NCBI GenBank assembly: GCA_023136205.1
Contig: JAGLRQ010000095.1
Location: forward strand, 1-13,171
DNA: 13,171 bases
Source of the DNA: Candidatus Auribacterota bacterium
GTDB lineage: Bacteria; Auribacterota; UBA6266
Direction: 5' to 3'
Both the position numbers and the translations under genes were made by a program. The notes below the pieces were generated by a model. It searched no databases. It was not told where the DNA came from and saw nothing but the letters and a program-made list of their open reading frames with translations. Shown piece after piece: positions 11,575-13,171 of the stretch; the first letter of the stretch is position 1, and each line of letters begins with the position of its first letter.

Positions 11575-13171
11575 GAGTTCACGAATTAGCAAAAGAATTA
11601 TCAGTAACAAGTAAAAAAGTTATAGAGATATTAAAGGTCAATGGTGTTGTTGTTAAAGGGCACATGTCTTCTGTCAGCAGTGATGCCATAGCTGTCGTTA
11701 AAAATATTTTAGCCAAAGTTACAAAGGAAGCACCTGTAAAAAAACCTGTTTCAGATAAAGTAAAAGAAGAAAAGAAGGTTGAGAAAGCTGCAAAGGAAAT
11801 ACCTGTAGAAAAACCTGTTTCAGAAGAGACTTCAAAAAAAGTTTTAGATATCGAAACACCGATTTCCGTTAAAGATTTATCCGGCCAGATGAATATCAAG
11901 CCTAATGAACTCATAGCAAAACTTATGGCTTTGGGAATTTTTGCTTCGCTTAACCAGAGGCTGGATACAGAAACCACCGAAATTGTACTTCATGAATACG
12001 GTTTTGATCTTTTGAAAAAAGAGCGCAAAAAGGAACCTGAAATCCAGCCGATTCCCGAGAAGAGCAGCATAATTGAAGAAGATTTGCTGGAGGAAATAGA
12101 AGACAAGCCTGAGGATTTAAAACCTCGACCGCCTGTTGTTGCCTTTTTAGGGCATGTTGACCATGGCAAGACAACCCTGCTCGATTATATAAGGAAAACA
12201 AAAGTAGTTGCCGGAGAACACGGAGGGATAACCCAGCATATAGGCGCGTACAGGGTTCATATGAAGGGTACTTCGATCACGTTTCTTGATACTCCCGGCC
12301 ATGCGGCTTTTACCGCGATGAGGGCAAGGGGGGCCAATATTACGGATATAGTGGTCCTGATAATTGCCGCGGATGATGGTATTATGCCTCAAACAGTTGA
12401 AGCTATAAATCATTCAAAGGCGGCCGGTGTTACGATTATGGTTGCCATTACAAAGGTTGACAAGCCTGATGTAAATATAGACACAGTGAAAAGACAGCTT
12501 AGTGAGCTGGAGCTTATGCCCGAAGACTGGGGAGGAGAATTGATATGCTGCCCGGTTTCGGGAATAACCGGAGAAGGAGTAGAACATCTGCTTGAAATGA
12601 TACCTCTACAGGCTGAAGTGCTTGATCTTAAGGCGAATCCAAACAGGCCCGCGCAGGGTACCGTGATTGAAGCAAAATTGACAAGTGGTAAGGGCCCCAT
12701 AGCTGTTGTTCTGGTGGAAAAAGGGACATTGAAGCGTGGAGACTATGTAATTAGCGGATTATATTACGGAAAGGTAAAAGCGCTTGTAGATGAACACGGG
12801 AAGATGCTGAAAGAAGCGGCGCCTTCTGTTCCGGTGGAGATTCTTGGGCTTTCGGGGGTTCCTGAAGCCGGTTCTGATTTTCGTGTGGTTGCTGACGAAA
12901 AGAAGGCAAGAACTATTTCTCAGGCCCGGGCCAACCGGCATAAATTTGAACAACTGGATACGCGTCAGAAAATAACCCTTGAGAATTTGTATGATCATAT
13001 CCGGATGGGAAGCGCGCGCGAACTTAAAATTGTTTTGAAAAGCGATGTCCAGGGTTCAATGGAAGCTCTGGTTAAATCCCTTGAATCCATAGATTCAAAA
13101 GAGGTGAATCTTAATATTATCCATAGCGGCATAGGTGATATTAACGAATCTGACATTATGCTGGCTTCCGC
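11571..13171 (+). CDS. infB: Translation initiation factor IF-2, N-terminal ~533 codons (continues beyond the window)
   Basis: Not in the ORF track. The frame is open from TTG 11571 to the window end: [21 protein letters not shown] (IF2_N), a second IF2_N ([22 protein letters not shown]), then the G domain [17 protein letters not shown] (from nt 12135), DTPGH and TKVD. GAGG 11560-11563 lies 7 nt upstream. TTG overlaps the nusA TGA (TTGA). Confidence 0.9.
   Translation, partial: MRVHELAKELSVTSKKVIEILKVNGVVVKGHMSSVSSDAIAVVKNILAKVTKEAPVKKPVSDKVKEEKKVEKAAKEIPVEKPVSEETSKKVLDIETPISVKDLSGQMNIKPNELIAKLMALGIFASLNQRLDTETTEIVLHEYGFDLLKKERKKEPEIQPIPEKSSIIEEDLLEEIEDKPEDLKPRPPVVAFLGHVDHGKTTLLDYIRKTKVVAGEHGGITQHIGAYRVHMKGTSITFLDTPGHAAFTAMRARGANITDIVVLIIAADDGIMPQTVEAINHSKAAGVTIMVAITKVDKPDVNIDTVKRQLSELELMPEDWGGELICCPVSGITGEGVEHLLEMIPLQAEVLDLKANPNRPAQGTVIEAKLTSGKGPIAVVLVEKGTLKRGDYVISGLYYGKVKALVDEHGKMLKEAAPSVPVEILGLSGVPEAGSDFRVVADEKKARTISQARANRHKFEQLDTRQKITLENLYDHIRMGSARELKIVLKSDVQGSMEALVKSLESIDSKEVNLNIIHSGIGDINESDIMLAS
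11722..11824 (+). repeat. In-frame direct duplication in the IF-2 N-terminal linker
   Basis: CAAAGGAAGCACCTGTAAAAAAACCTGTTTCAGA (11722-11755) versus CAAAGGAAATACCTGTAGAAAAACCTGTTTCAGA (11791-11824). 31 of 34 nt identical; the 69-nt offset equals 23 codons ([11 protein letters not shown] / [11 protein letters not shown]). Confidence 0.8.

Noticed and set aside
3939-11582. Other internal or antisense track ORFs: 3939..4127(+), 4429..4611, 4803..5366, 5850..6077, 6189..6392, 6563..6991, 6995..7243, 7393..7614, 7743..7982, 8173..8496, 9326..9562, 9937..10158(+), 11169..11582, 11200..11391, 11336..11533.
   Set aside because: All lie inside, out of frame with, or antisense to strongly supported housekeeping CDSs. 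Their products are low-complexity with no recognisable motifs. They are typical shadow ORFs.
11579-12998. Minus-strand ORFs 11579..11977, 11950..12201, 12147..12413, 12410..12700 and 12759..12998.
   Set aside because: They are antisense shadows of infB, which the track omitted because it starts with TTG and has no stop within the window.

Overview
Window from an AT-rich bacterial chromosome; I cannot assign a taxon by eye. It has two very different parts.

(A) 3038-13171 is a tightly packed, co-directional (+) housekeeping block: uppS-cdsA-dxr-rseP-ispG-proS, then nusA-infB. Near-consensus sigma70-type promoters sit at 3038-3066 and 10210-10238. infB starts at TTG 11571, overlaps the nusA stop and runs off the right edge. 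It is missing from the supplied ORF track, and every minus-strand ORF listed between 11579 and 12998 is its antisense shadow.

(B) 1-3037 is an accessory block, in this order:
- the 3' end of a gene (1-174);
- about 470 nt of non-coding DNA holding an intrinsic terminator, a GC-rich helix-forming segment and a perfect inverted repeat with 13-bp arms;
- a two-gene operon: an AbiEii/DUF1814-type nucleotidyltransferase (692-1387), followed 10 nt later by a 170-aa protein with an uncharacterised N-domain and a C-terminal XRE-type HTH (1398-1910);
- a secreted beta-sandwich-like protein (2010-2771).

The operon promoter carries a 20-bp palindrome that fills the -35/-10 spacer and overlaps the first 3 nt of the -10. 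A purine-rich element built from tandem AAATAGGG-like units recurs three times, each time beginning at a stop codon (174, 1910, 2771).

The best candidate for an undescribed system is the toxin-first AbiEii-like NTase plus XRE-HTH partner, possibly together with the structured non-coding DNA upstream. This departs from the canonical AbiEi-AbiEii architecture. All family assignments come from motif recognition by eye; no searches or folding programs were run.
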